DNA of 64,000 nucleotides from Callorhinchus milii (taxonomy: Eukaryota). A program made the position numbers and the translations under genes. This document shows positions 49,860 to 62,724 of the stretch, piece after piece. Where the stretch lies: the NCBI RefSeq assembly GCF_018977255.1, contig NW_024704742.1, positions 96,226,001 through 96,290,000 of the forward strand. The letters are read 5' to 3'. Below the pieces are notes generated by a model, which saw only the letters and a list, made by a program, of their open reading frames with translations, ran no database searches and had not been told where the DNA came from. Positions within the stretch are counted from its first letter, which is position 1. Each line of letters begins with the position of its first letter.

Positions 49860-51656
49860 ACTTCTGATTTTTCATATATGCCACATTAGCTAGGAGATAG
49901 ATAATGGTTATAAACACACAGAGATGGAGATCACAAGGGACAAATTCCCTGGGAACAGAAATCATTTTCATTGTAAAACCTGTGAAGTGACATGATTGAA
50001 AAATATATGAAAGTATACACTGAATGGATACACTTCAGGATTATAGATTTCATCTGTAACAAAGTTAAGTGTGTCCCCACCAGAGTATGAGATCAGGACT
50101 GAATACAGAGCAGAGATAATGTTTCTAACATCAGTGGCAGTACTGCAGAAATAAATCAAATCCTCAAGCTGTTACATTTCTGTATTCTATATAAGAATGT
50201 GTTTATTTTGATTACTTCTGCACAAGAAATTTCATGTACCTGTAATTGTATTTATTTTTTTAACAATGAACAATTTATTTGTAAAAGAACGACGGAAAAG
50301 TTTAATCCAACCTAGANTTTTTTTTGGTCAGCTGGGTGGGTGTCTGATACATGCGAAAACATCATTATGCTTAAAGAATATGAAAACCAACAACAACTTG
50401 CATATATATAGTACCCTTCATTCAAGCGCTTAATAGTGCCAAGCTGGCGGTGGAGGGGGGGCAGGAGGTAACCATAAGCACGGTCAAGCCAGACATGGTT
50501 TCACAAATGTATGCCGCCTACATATGAAATTTCGCTGTGTATTGGAATGGAATGCACAATCTGGTTCTCAGTGTGTTTATAGCCATTATCTAGCAACTGC
50601 TTATCTAATTTCAAAGAGTATTAGACATAGGTTAGCAAGAGCCAAAGCTTAGGGACCCCAAAATATACATTGGAGAACTGCTGGAGTCTAATCAGCTAAA
50701 CTGCATGTCTTCAAGACATCTCAAAGCGCTTCACAGGATGCACTATAAAGTGTAGTGACTGTGTATTTTGTGGGCGAAACGCAGCAGCCAATTGCGCACA
50801 ACAATAATCAGAAGTGAGAGACCACATTGGCATTTCTCCTCTCTGAGGCTGGTTGACACAGCAAACACCTGGCCTCTCTTGATCCGTTACAATTTAGGGT
50901 TCGGACACCATTTGCAGCAGGTATGATGCATTAGGATTAAACTTGCCACTTGCTGATTACTTACCAGCACAGCTATTTTTTCCCCTAATGCTGACTGACA
51001 GAAGCACTGCTGTGACTTTGGGCAAAAAATGCCATTATTTCTGAAACAAATCCATTAGTTAATTGTCAGAGTTCCTAAATTAAGAAACGGAACAGAAAAC
51101 ACAGTTAAAGAGTGTCCTTAAATATGGCCCAGATGTATGGTGAGTAATGGAGAGTGAAAGTGACAGAGGAAATGGTGTCTGAAGGAAGAAGGAAGTGATT
51201 GACCAGGCTAAGAGAGATGGAAAGATATGAAGGATAGTGGGCATTGAGAGCATAAAAAGGGGGTAAGAAGAAAAGTGACTAGGGACAAACCTGAACAAAG
51301 ATCAAAGATTCAGCAAGCCCGACCGGGGGAAGAAGCAAGTTCTACCTTACAGCTTATTTGCAAACTGTGTCCTGTTCTTTGGTTTTGTCTCTGCATGTCT
51401 GTTTCTTTCTTCTTAGTTAGGAGCGATGGAGGCGAATCTGATTACAGAAGAAATTCATGACTGTGAGGTGAATTCACATTCAGAATGTAATTCATGATCT
51501 CCCCTCCCATAATGATACTTAGAAATTTCATAAGCTATTTACAACGAAAATTATTTATGATGCCAGGGAATTTGTCCCTTGTGATTATTATCTGAATGCC
51601 TTTTGTAACCCCCATCTATCTTCTGACTCACGTGGAACATGTGAAAAATTAGAAGT
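49860..51656. repeat. Long inverted-repeat pair (arms ~49860-50060 and ~51440-51656)
   Basis: Perfect 23-bp inverted match atcacaagggacaaattccctgg (49930-49952 and 51563-51585) inside alignable, diverged arms. Confidence 0.85.
50318..50552 (-). repeat. Family C copy 2, interrupted by an L2 tail (~50389-50490)
   Basis: ttttggtcagctgggtgggtgtctgatacatg ... ttggaatggaatgcaca. Confidence 0.75.
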
Positions 51657-52789
51657 TAAAGGGTTGATGACTTGGTCAATAACATGCCTCAGATCCAATC
51701 AGTTGGGGCGCATGTGCATCTGGCTGTATCTGTGGCCCTGACTGCTCAAAAGCTCAAATACACAACGGCAGTAATGTCTTTTCAATGAGGGTCAGACTGA
51801 TTCCTGGATTTTGTTAGATTAGCCCCATCTCACCTCCCCTCATACCCCCACCCATCCAAAGAAACAAATCAAGGTTTCAAGGTTTAAATGAAAGGTAATC
51901 ACTTGTTCTTGCTCCTTAGTAAAATGATTATGATTTTATTTCACATAAATTTGTTTGCTTCCTATTTCCACTGATATCTTGAATATATATTTTTGGTTTA
52001 TAAGACAGTGTAGGACAAGATAAAGCCATTCAGCACCTTCCCCCAACCCATCCCTTTAAATGAGCCATGTCAAATTTGCACTATTCTTCATAATTTATTT
52101 ACTCTCCCAGGAGAAGTGAATACGTTCTCAAATTTCTCCCTGAGCTTCAAAGGTAATCGAGCAAAAATGCCTGGATATCAATCTAACAATCAATCAATGT
52201 ATATTATTCAACCCTGACAGTTACATTCCTTAGATGACAATCTCTTGTTATTCAGTTCGGAGCTAGAGTTGGTGGTACAGGGCAGCCCCATTATAAGGTG
52301 CCCTCTTCGATGCACAGACAGACCAGCCAGCTACCCATGGCTAGAGAATGTCTGACCTCCATATTGTCAGGTCTCCGCTTTTTGTTTGCTGTAAATGCCC
52401 AGGAAACGTTGCTGACATCACTTTGTGAAGGAAGTGTCATCCATGGCATCCTGATGATCAGGAAGTCCTCCCCCATATTTAGTGCAGGAAGCTGGCATGC
52501 ATATACGCATCACACAGGGAGTGACATCATTGACAACCTGATGACGCAGAGTCGGACATTTTTTCACGCTTTGTTATAATATGGGGCCTGAGACATTAGA
52601 CCCAGATAACCAGTCCTTATATTTTTGAATGTATCATTGACCTGTATTTTTGATTATATATTAATCATATAGTAGCTATAACATCATAATCGTCACAAAA
52701 TACTTTATGAAAGCTTCAGTGAATTGTAGTCAATGTTTACTTGTAGCCAATCCAGCAGCCAACTTGGGCAAATCATTATTCTAAATAAA

Positions 52790-53172
52790 TAAATAAATAA
52801 TAAATAATATTTTACTAATTTACTTGATATAGCACCTTCATGTTTGGAAGATGTTTCAACACATTTCATAGGAATTATTGTAAAGTGTAGTGTCTGTGTA
52901 TTTTGTAGGTGAACACAGCAGCCTATCTCTCACAAACAGCCCTAAAGTGAAAGACCAATTTTATCTGGGGGATTGCTGGCCAGGACACCAGGAGAAACTC
53001 GCCTCTTTTTTCAAACAGTGTTATAGGATATTTGAAGTCCACCTCAACAGACAGGTGGGATCATGGTTTTATGTCTTATCCAAAGGACGGCACTGCCAAC
53101 ATTGCAGCGTTGAATTTGAGTGTCAGCCTGGTCTGTGAGTTCAACATGTTGAAGTGGGGATTGAAACTACAA
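52790..53172 (-). mobile_element. SacSINE1-like Deu SINE
   Basis: ggccaggacaccaggagaaactc...tccacctc...gagtgtcagcctgg...gtggggattgaaac. Confidence 0.85.
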
Positions 53173-53451
53173 CAGTATTGCTCCTAGTTTCTTGAGGACT
53201 TTTTTAAAAAAGCTCTACAGATACATTAGAGACACTTCAACGAGTGAGCAAGGTGAATTTTAATACAATTCCAAACAAGGAGAAGAGATTTGGAGAATGT
53301 CATTAAAGCAAAGGAGATTAAGCTGAGACATAACCCAGGTTTTTAAATGAGGCGAGAAAGAGATTATGAAGACACAGCAGGTTATTTAACTTGGAGTATG
53401 AGAATTCTGTGATTGGAAGAATTGTTTTCCTGACAGAGTGCTGATTAATGG

Positions 53452-53685
53452 AATAATAATAATAATAATCATTGCATTTGATATAGTGCGTTATCACATC
53501 ATTGAGACGTCTCAAAGCGTTTCACAGAATATTTTGCAAAGTGGAGTGACTGCGTATTTTGTGGGCGATATGTGGCAGCCAATTGCACACTGCAGTGTCC
53601 CACAAACTGTCGTGGATTGAGTGACCAAACTGGTTTTTTTTGAAGGGATTATTACCCCCGGAAAGCGATCCGCTAATCACCTAAT
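53452..53685 (-). mobile_element. Family A SINE (long variant), 5'-truncated
   Basis: (TAA)n-cattgcatttgatatag...gtcccacaaac...cccggaaagcgatccgc. Confidence 0.9.
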
Positions 53686-56647
53686 AGCTGGAGTAGATAG
53701 AAAAGGCCATACTGAGATGATCACCGCCTCTCTAAAAAAGGAGTTGGGTGATTACCTGATTGGGAACAGGAGTGAGAATAGAAAAATGCACTTAGAATCA
53801 TTGAACTTTACAGCATAGAAACAGACTCTCTGTGTTGTGTAAATATTGGGTAATGAAGAGGATCAGGCTCTTTTGCTTTTTCCGCATCCAGATGGTCTCT
53901 TGATACCCATTGTCTGTGTCACACATAACGAATGGACAATTTGACAAGGAAAAATTAACGACACCTGTAGAACTGTACCTCAACACAAAGTGCATTCAAC
54001 AGAGGGTGAGGGGGAAAAAAGAAAAACATAGTCACAATATCCCTAGCAAAAGTATGGCCTACAGAGATACCTGTGCAGGATTCTTGTCAACCCATAGGAA
54101 TTCAGCTCTGGAAGGAGTCTCCACTTGTGTGACTCAGAATCTGTGTTAAGCAAACCTTTTAAGAAATATTAAATTAGACCTCATTGTCCTTACAACCATG
54201 TGCTTGACAGCAACACGATATTTTATGCATAAATCATCTATATAAACATACTTATTGTATATTTGATATAACTGTAGTGATCAAAACCATGATAGGCAGT
54301 GTATTTTTTTCAAGACAATCTGGCTTGAACTTCACATTGTTTGATCAAATATAAACCCATAAATTGGCCTTTAGATTGGCCACAGTTCACAAGGAGTTGG
54401 TACAGATTTCAATCAAAACAGATTTACTTTTTATTCTGTTGCTGGAATAAATTTCAGAAATTCAATATTTTCCCCCCAGCAGTGTTTCAGTTTTTGAAAT
54501 CAGAAGGACAGTCTGGCAAGAGTAGCTGCTGAAATTGTATACTTCTTATGCAGATGGAGCTCAGATTCTCGCTTATGGCTCAGACAGTAAGAAGGATGTT
54601 TTGAAGGCAAATGAGCCTCTGTCAGTCAGCGAGTCTGCTGTTTACAAAAGGATTGCTGCATAATTGCAGCTGTATTGTTCCACAACCTGTAGTTCTGTAT
54701 TCTGTAATAGACAGAGCACATGGGCTTTGATGTAGAGCTCTTAAAACAAGACAATGCAAATGACATTTACTGGAGATTTTTTTCATTAATGAACAGTACT
54801 TCAGGGAGTGTAAAGGCAAGAGGCATATAATTTCTGAACTATTTAAATTGCTAATTAGCTCTGTACAGGAGGTGTCCTCCTAATGCAGACAATTACTACA
54901 GCTCATAAGTGTTTGCCTTACGGTTGCTAATTACTGTAGAAGCCAATTAATTGCTGTTGACGTTTTGTATTCTTTCGCATATCGCCAGTTAATATTTACA
55001 TTTATAATGAAGACAGAATTGGCAAACACTATGTCATTTTGTAATGAACAATTTCAGTATCTAAACAACGAACATATTATCTCGTTGTGCCTGAAGAGTG
55101 GAGATGATTAGCATACGGTCTGTGTGCCACTCCAATAACATTACTTATTTTAACAAGAAAAGTGGCATTGTGGTGTAATGCATTCAGGTTAAATGGCTCT
55201 ATAATTGTGGTGTTATTTTACCAGTATTCAAAGTTAAAAAGAAAAAAATGGAGATCTAGGATTTCCTTTAACATACATAGTAAATAAATTATATTACTGT
55301 ATATAACCTAAAAATGTATTGCTATAAAAGTAGGTTTATTTAAGAATTCCTTTGAAATATAACTTATTAAATATGTTGCCTCTTGTCTTGCTTCCAAAGC
55401 AATACTGTTGTTTAATTCATTCTACTGTGGTATTTTCATGTTTATTGTACATTTTAGTATATGATGTGTTTCGTTTCCTCTTACAGATGTGCTAAATCGT
55501 GACCTGGCAGCAGGTTTGAGGAGAGTTCACAATCCGAATGAATGGTTTAGGACGGGTTTTCACATATTCAAAAGTTTGAATACAATCGTCCAGTTTTGAA
55601 TCCAAGCAGAAGGTTTAAACTTTTGCAAAGGTAAATACAATATAATTTTCATTTATGTACTGTAATGCTTTTTGTCAGGAGGTCATCTCACGTCGCTTTA
55701 CTTTGCCATGTGCACTTTGAGATACATTTAGAACAGAAATGCTATGATGTGATTTAAGAAGCCAATAGTTTGTGTATTTCCCAGTTTACAGTACTCCCCT
55801 TTACCATTCTATTCTCATGCTGATGTATCTCATGCAGCACCTTTGGACGTCCTCCCGACGTGAAAGGCATTGTACTGTATTGTTCTACAGGGCCTTCCAC
55901 TATCTGTTCATTGCATGTGAGCCTAGGTAATGAGCACCAGAAGACTACTTGACCATGGGAAGTATAAGAGGAGTCCAAGCCTATCTTTCCCTGTCCTAAA
56001 CAATACTATATTAACCAAAATTGAATCCCAGAGGAACAAACTGTTTATGATGACAATTTGTCTCACTAATTTTAGAGTTCAGTGTCCATGTCCCAGTCTC
56101 AAACTGACTTTTCCTTGCTGTTACGACATTGATGTTAGCAAAACCTCAGAACTGGAAAGATCCTGGATTACAAACAGTGGAAAGTGGTCGCCCTAAAGCA
56201 ATACAAGGGTTAATTTTATTCCAATCTCTTCTACTGAATGTTAAAAGAGCAGAATCTTTCACGTTTAATTAATAATATAAAATTAATGCTTACTCGTACA
56301 CCTCTGGAGATTTTTACTCTGGAAATTCATTACATTTCTATTTTAATCAAAAATGTAACTTTATTATGGCAGCAAAGCCTCATTTCTCCAATGCTGGCAG
56401 CCTTTGTAATCCTCTAGGACTAGATGCAATGACAGATCCAAGAGAACCTATCAACCATTTCCTGCACAGGTAGCTGTGTGGAAAATGGGGATAAACTACA
56501 CTGAGGTGGGAACGTGCCGCTATCTCTGTCATTTGTCCAAATTTAAAACATTATGAAAAAGGTTAATTTTGATTCATTTTGGAGATTGTTCTCAGTAGAA
56601 CAATCCAACATCTTGAAAACTGAGCCAACCGGTGGCAAATGGTGGTA

Positions 56648-56807
56648 GTTGTCCATCTCTCCATGGAGAGAGTGAGCATTCCATTCCAACTATCTCCGGA
56701 ATTTCCATGTGTAGGTGAGGTACATGGAGATCTCAGGTTGGTTTGGATACTCTTAAGCATAGCGATGGGTTTCCACATGTGTCAGACACCCAGCTGACCA
56801 AACAAAA
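56648..56807 (+). repeat. Family C copy 3
   Basis: gagagtgagcattccattcca...atttccatgtgtaggtgaggtacatggagat...tgtgtcagacacccagctgaccaaacaaaa. Confidence 0.8.
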
Positions 56808-57659
56808 GATAGAACCACTAATGTAACAGGTCCCATCTTTCTTTTATGTATCTCCCATCATTTCTCAACGGTCTCGCCTTGGTCCAAGAATATAAGTGCA
56901 AAATAGCTGTAAATTCATTGTCAACTTTATGCAAATAAGAATGACACAATTTTAGAATTACTAAACGTTCAGTTCTTAAATAAAAACAATACAAGCATGA
57001 CATTTATGGAAACTGTAAGGAATTTGGCCATGGCTGTTTTAATGTTCTGAACTGGAGAGAGTAAATAACTTTTATTGTGCCTTATATCTGTTGTTCTGCA
57101 AAAATATTTCAGAACTTCTTGCTTAATGAGTCAGTCTGACACATCATTGAATATACAACCCAGAGGATCATGAGCTTCAATTTTCAACCTTGACTGTCAT
57201 TCAAGCCTTCTTGACCTCATTATTAAACTAATGTGTCCCAGCCAACAATCCTCCAGATTATTTGGACATTCACCTCATAATTACCTGTGAGACATTACTG
57301 GCACAAGTCAGTAATTTGGTGGTATTTACTTGGGAAGGACTTTGACATGTTCAAATGTGATAAAATGCTGTAAAAATGACAATCCTTTCTTCTTACTGCC
57401 ACAGGTCTGGAAGATGATGGACTATGAAGACATAACTGAATCTCAGGAGAAAGAAAATGATGCAGACAAAACTTCATCTCAGAACAGGATCCTATTACCC
57501 TGATGAAGTACTGTGGTGAAATCAGCATCCAGACTATCTCCACCCTCTTGGCTAAAGTAGGAAGGCTTGAACAAGATAGCAACAGTGCAGAATTTAAGAA
57601 CAGAACTAAAAGCAGCATAAGCAATCATTTCAATTTATCTCACAAGATACAATATTAAT

Positions 57660-57810
57660 ATAATAATTTAATATAATTATCCTTGCATTTGGTATAACGC
57701 CCTTCACATTGGGAGGATAACTAAAAGTGCTTCAGAGGATTTTCTCTGAAGTCTAGTGACTGCATATTGTATAGGTGATCACAATCATCAATTTGGACAC
57801 AGCAGTGTCA
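57660..57810 (-). mobile_element. SINE 3' part (Deu/L2 tail)
   Basis: atccttgcatttggtataacgccc...aagtgcttcagagg...acacagcagtgtc. Confidence 0.75.
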
Positions 57811-58074
57811 CAGTGTTCCACATCCCTTATAGTGTATCCATTGGCTCTAAACGATACACTTAAACAATATCAATAAGATTGACAATAGTACAAAATGGAA
57901 ATCAGAAATCATTAATGGTTAGAGCAATGTCTTCTGTTATGCAGAGATTCTCTGCTTGTGAATTTTGCTCAATGCCTTGTAGGCTTCTACACTGTGGAGG
58001 GGTGGAAAATGCAACATCTGTGGGAAGAAATTCCATCCAGATCTAGACTAATTCTTATTAATGTAACATTTTAG

Positions 58075-59820
58075 GAGACAACATGACAAATAATGCTGCA
58101 CAGGCTGCAATAGTGCTAAATAAGTTGTTTGCATCAGTCTTTACCAAGGAGGAGACGAGTAACTTATCTGATCTGGAAAGAGAACTCAAGGATGTCGCAG
58201 AGGAAGATTGCGACACTATTCATATCACTACCAGCATGGTTGCCAAACAGCTGTGTAATCATAAGGTAAATAAATCTCAGGGGCCAGATAAATTGCATCC
58301 AAGGATCCTTAAGGAACTAAGGGAGGAGGTCGCAAAAACGTTGGCAGAAATCTTTCAAAAATCATTGAATACTGGAGAGGTGCCGGGGGACTGGAGAAAT
58401 GCAGATGTTACTCCTATTTTTAAGAAAGGTAACAAAGGTGACCTAGGAAACTACAGGCCAGTAAGTTTGACGTCTATTGTACGTAAAATTATGGAGAGTC
58501 TTATTAAGGATAAAATCATGGTGCATCTGGACAGAAATAAAATCATAAATGGTAGCCAATATGGGTTCATGAAGGGAAGGTCTTGCCAATCTAATTTATT
58601 GGCTTTCTTTGATGGTGTGACAAAGGAGCTTGATAAGGGTAAGGCTGTGGATGTTGTATATCTGGATTTCAGTAAGACCTTTGATACAGTTCCACTTGAG
58701 AGGCTGGTACTGAAAGTAAAGAAAGCAGGAATCAGTGGAGGTATATTACAATGAATACGCAATTGGTTGACCAGAAGAACCGAGAGGGTAATAGTACAGG
58801 AATGTCATCAGACTGGGAAAGTGTTACCAGTAGAGTTCCACAAGAATCTGTTTTGGGACCTCTTTTGTTTTGTAGTTTTATAAATGATCTGGAACTAGGA
58901 TTTGCAAGCACAGTGGCTAAGTTTGCAGATGACACCAAGCTAATGAAGGTGGTAGATTGTGAAGATGACCAAGATAGGAAGGAGTATTTGAACATACTTG
59001 GGAATTGGGCTGATCAGTGGCAGATGAAATTCAATGTGGAGAAATGTAGAGTACTTCACATGGGGACAAAAAATCCTAGAATGTACTATTATTTGAATGA
59101 AGTAAGAAAAGGTCCTGGGAGTCCTGATTGACAATAAATTGAAGCTCTCCCAACAATGCTCTGTGTCGGTGATTGCAGCAAACCAGAAGTTGGGATGTAT
59201 CAAAAGATCAATAGCAAGCTGAAATAGTCGGGTAATCCTGCCACTGTATAAATCATTGGTGAGACCATACTTAGAGTAATGTGCACAGTTCTGGTCGTTA
59301 CAGTACAAAAGGTATATTGGAGAAATCGAGAAGATACAGAGGAGGGCAGCCAAAATGATTGAGGGAATGGAAGGACTGGACTATGAGGAGCGACTAAGTA
59401 AATTGGGCATATTCCACTGAAAAAGAGGATTGAGAGGCAACATGATTATTGTCTTTAAAATTCTAAAAGGGCAAGACAATATTGATCATGACAGACCTGC
59501 ATCAACTTGTCCAGAATAGTAAAACCAAAGGACACAGCCTATGATTGAAGGGGGGTAAATTCAGAACGAATCTACGCAAACACTATTTCATTGAATGAAT
59601 AGTGAACCTATGGAACAGGGAGATGGTTGAAGCAGGAAGTGTTGATTCTTTCAAACATAGATTAGATAGCTTTCTTTTCGGAAATAACATTATGTGATAT
59701 AGTACACAGGTAGTTTGGGACATATGTGCATGCATCCGCCAGGAAGGTGGAAGGCGAACTAGATGGACCTTGATCTTTTTTCGTCAAGCATTTCTTATGT
59801 TCTTATGTTCTTATGTTCTT
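58075..59820 (+). mobile_element. CR1 LINE, 5'-truncated, with a degenerate RT (different subfamily from 1-2164)
   Basis: LNKLFASVFT, KSQGPDKLHPRILKEL, DWRNADVTPIFKKG, NYRPVSLTS, YLDFSKTFDTVP, KFADDTKL and WQMKFNVEKC; (TTCTTATG)n tail at ~59792-59820. Confidence 0.95.
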
Positions 59821-59950
59821 ATATAGCGCATTTCACGTTGGAAAGACATCTCAGGGCACTGGACAATCAGGGGTTTTGGACCCGAGCTGGGAGTTGGGGT
59901 CAGAAGGGAAGGTGGGCAGGGGGGATGGGGATGGGAGGGTGGCTGACCAT
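59821..59950 (-). mobile_element. L2 3' UTR and tail abutting the CR1 tail
   Basis: atatagcgcatttcacgttgg...gacccgagctggg, the reverse complement of 46790-46865-like sequence. Confidence 0.75.
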
Positions 59951-60044
59951 AATTAATCAGACCCATAATGAATCGATAATTCTTGACTAGTTTGAACTAA
60001 AGCTTTGGTGCCGTGATAATGAAATAATAATAAATAATAAATAA

Positions 60045-60215
60045 TTTGGTCACTCAATCCATGACTGTTTGTGGGACACTGCTGTGCGCAATTAGCTGCT
60101 GCATTTTGCCCGCAAAATGTACATTTGATTCACAGTATATTCTGGGAAGCGCTGTGAGATGTCTCGAAGACATGATAAGGCGCTATATCAAACGCAAGGA
60201 ATATTATTATTATAA
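60045..60215 (+). mobile_element. Family A SINE 3' half
   Basis: ttggtcactcaatccatgactgtttgtgggacactgctgtgcgcaatt...gacatgataaggcgctatatcaaa. Confidence 0.88.
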
Positions 60216-60429
60216 TTATACATCACACATCACATTGCTCACGTGTGTTTTTTTTCCCCCCCGGAACTGAGACCTTCTCCATGCCAAATAATCATGTCAT
60301 CTTTGGTAGAAAATCAAAGTAAGTTCAATGACATCTACTTAGAGGTTTTTTGATCTGTGGCTCTTCTCTTAAAGATAGAGACTCAAGAAGACTTTGGAAA
60401 CTTCATCAAGATGTTATTCTTCATGTTTG

Positions 60430-60615
60430 CATCTGGCAGTGAGTTTTGGCAGGCTGTTTAACATGGCTAATCCCGATCCTGTCATTATGTCCACACACAC
60501 ATACGCATGTACAATTTCTCGCAGAGATCAATAGACAGTCATCAGGAAAAAACATTCTGGTCAATTTTTCTCCCTCCTTAGCCCAGAGACACAGAGACCA
60601 AACTATAGTACTCCA
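60430..60615 (-). mobile_element. Old SINE-like repeat (family B)
   Basis: cagtgagttttggcaggctgtt...gatcctgtc...tccacacaca...tttttctccctccttagcccag. Confidence 0.6.
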
Positions 60616-62029
60616 ACCATCATCTTGGGTAAAATAAACAAATTTAGCACAAATCAAGTAATCCAAATAAAACCATCCTGTTTCATCCAAACACTACCCT
60701 GTACATTTGTCCGTTGATTTTTGTTTCAGTTCTCTGCATTCTCCAATCTTTCTACCTCTTGCAGGAGGATTGCCAAGTTAGTGACAATTTGTGCTGAATT
60801 TGGGTGGTTTTATGCTGACTTATGTCCACTGGAAACTGGATGGAAACTGCCTGAGCTCAGTGCACTCGTAACCCATAGTACATTGGGAGACATACCACGG
60901 CAGCTCTTTATCCTTTCTTCTTGGGATGAATTCAAATCCAGGGTCCCAGGGATGTAGCTTTCCTAACAAAAGTGCCACCCAATGCCTGTAGGCTAGTAAA
61001 ATAACGTGCTAATGTGCACAAGGCTGCAATGTGGTGAGGAAAGGTTGCATGGGTTTCATTTGTTTCTGATACGGATGGTATAATAACAGATGTTTTCAGT
61101 GAGGACCAGTGCCTGAGAAACAAAGTGCTGACATTGTGCTGCTTTCATTTCTCTCTGCCTTTCTTTTTGGGGGAATGCAGATGGTTAGTGTTAAAGAAAA
61201 GAACAAGGCCTGTTGTTAGAGGGTGAAACAGCACACAGAAAGGTTAGCTATATGCCTCGGTACTGATTCACTAATAGACATCCTTTCAGCCCAAGACAAA
61301 CAGCGTTTGCAAACAATATTTGGAAACAAACCCCCCATATCACAGATTTATAGACAGGTACACATGCACCTTGGCCTCCCTCGGCCTTCGACACCCTCTG
61401 CACCAGAAGCAATTTAGAGAGACTAGTCTAAATAAACACTGAGATGGTAAGGCCACAGACTGAGAGTAAAGAAAATCAATGGCTCAAGAAATCAGTTCCA
61501 GAGATCGATGGAACATATTAAGGATCACAGGCTTGGGAGGGCATTTACAGCAAAGTGTGGTTTACAGTTCATCTCTCACTGACTGTGAGCAGTGGATAAA
61601 TACTATCAAGTGAGCTGTACTAGACAGGCTAAGAATTTAAAGCTGTAGTGTCCCATTTTTGTCCAGACTCCAAACCACCAACCCTAAAAACTCTGTGAAC
61701 CCTGTAAGCATTGTAACACAATTCAATCCCTGTACAAGGATGAAGGCAATATTTTGACCTTGAACAACAGGTCCTTGAGACCAGAGGATTCCAGGTTAGT
61801 ATCCATTGTATTGAATAGCCTGCCATCAGTCAAATTTTAGAGGGATTGCCCAATTCATCTCAACATTAGCAGCCCATCAAAGGCAAAGCCCAGCCAAGGT
61901 TCCCAGTCCTGTTCACTGTCCACCAATCAAAGTTGGGAATACATCTGTTGGATCAACATTTCTCACTGGGTTAGAATTAAGATTTTAAGTGCAAAATCTT
62001 ATCTTAAAATAAAATCCTGTCCTTTCTCC

Positions 62030-62722
62030 CCACATCCATGCCATAACCCGCACTGCCTTCCCACACCTCTGTAACATTACCTGACTGCCACTGCTTCACT
62101 CCTCAGGTACCAAAACCCTCATACATTTCTTCATTACATCCAGACTCGACTTTGTCAATGCCCTGCTTGCCAGCCTTCCCAACTCTTCCCTTCACAAGCT
62201 GCAGTTTATCCAGAACTCTACAGCTCATGTCCTCTCCCACACCAGGCTCTGTGACTCCATCACCTCCACCCTCGCCCGGCTCCACTGACTCTCCATCCCT
62301 CAGAGGATTGAATTCAAAATTCACATCCTCAACTTAAATGCCCTCCATAGCTTTTCCCCCTCCTACCTCTCCGACCTGCTAACCCCTTATCAAGCTGTCT
62401 ACTCACTCCGCTCAGCAGGCTCCAGCCTGCTCCATATCCTCAGCCCAGCCCCCACCCCACCATCAGCAGTCAGGCCTTCAGCATATCTGCCCTCAACCTC
62501 CCACATTTCCTTTGTTTTGCTCCCTCCCTTGCCTCCTTCAAGGCACACCTTAAGACCCTCCTCTTTGACCGTACCTTCGGCCACACTTCTACCCTCTCTG
62601 CCCTCCACCCTGACTAATCCCAAACACCCACCCATCCTTGGGTCCTAACCCTGACTGTTCAGCCCATTGGGATGTTCTCCCAAAGTGAAAGCCGCTTTAC
62701 AAATGTAATTTTGTATTGTATT
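62030..62722 (+). mobile_element. L2 ORF2 3' part and tail, decayed
   Basis: SRLDFVNALLASLP...LHKLQFIQNS...LH*LSIPQRIEFKI...LKTLLFDR. Confidence 0.9.
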
Positions 62723-62724
62723 GA

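Noticed and set aside
50317..50317. Ambiguous base n (another at 63356)
   Set aside because: Assembly ambiguity or gap marker, not biology. It adds caution to distances spanning it, including the 49860-51656 inverted repeat.
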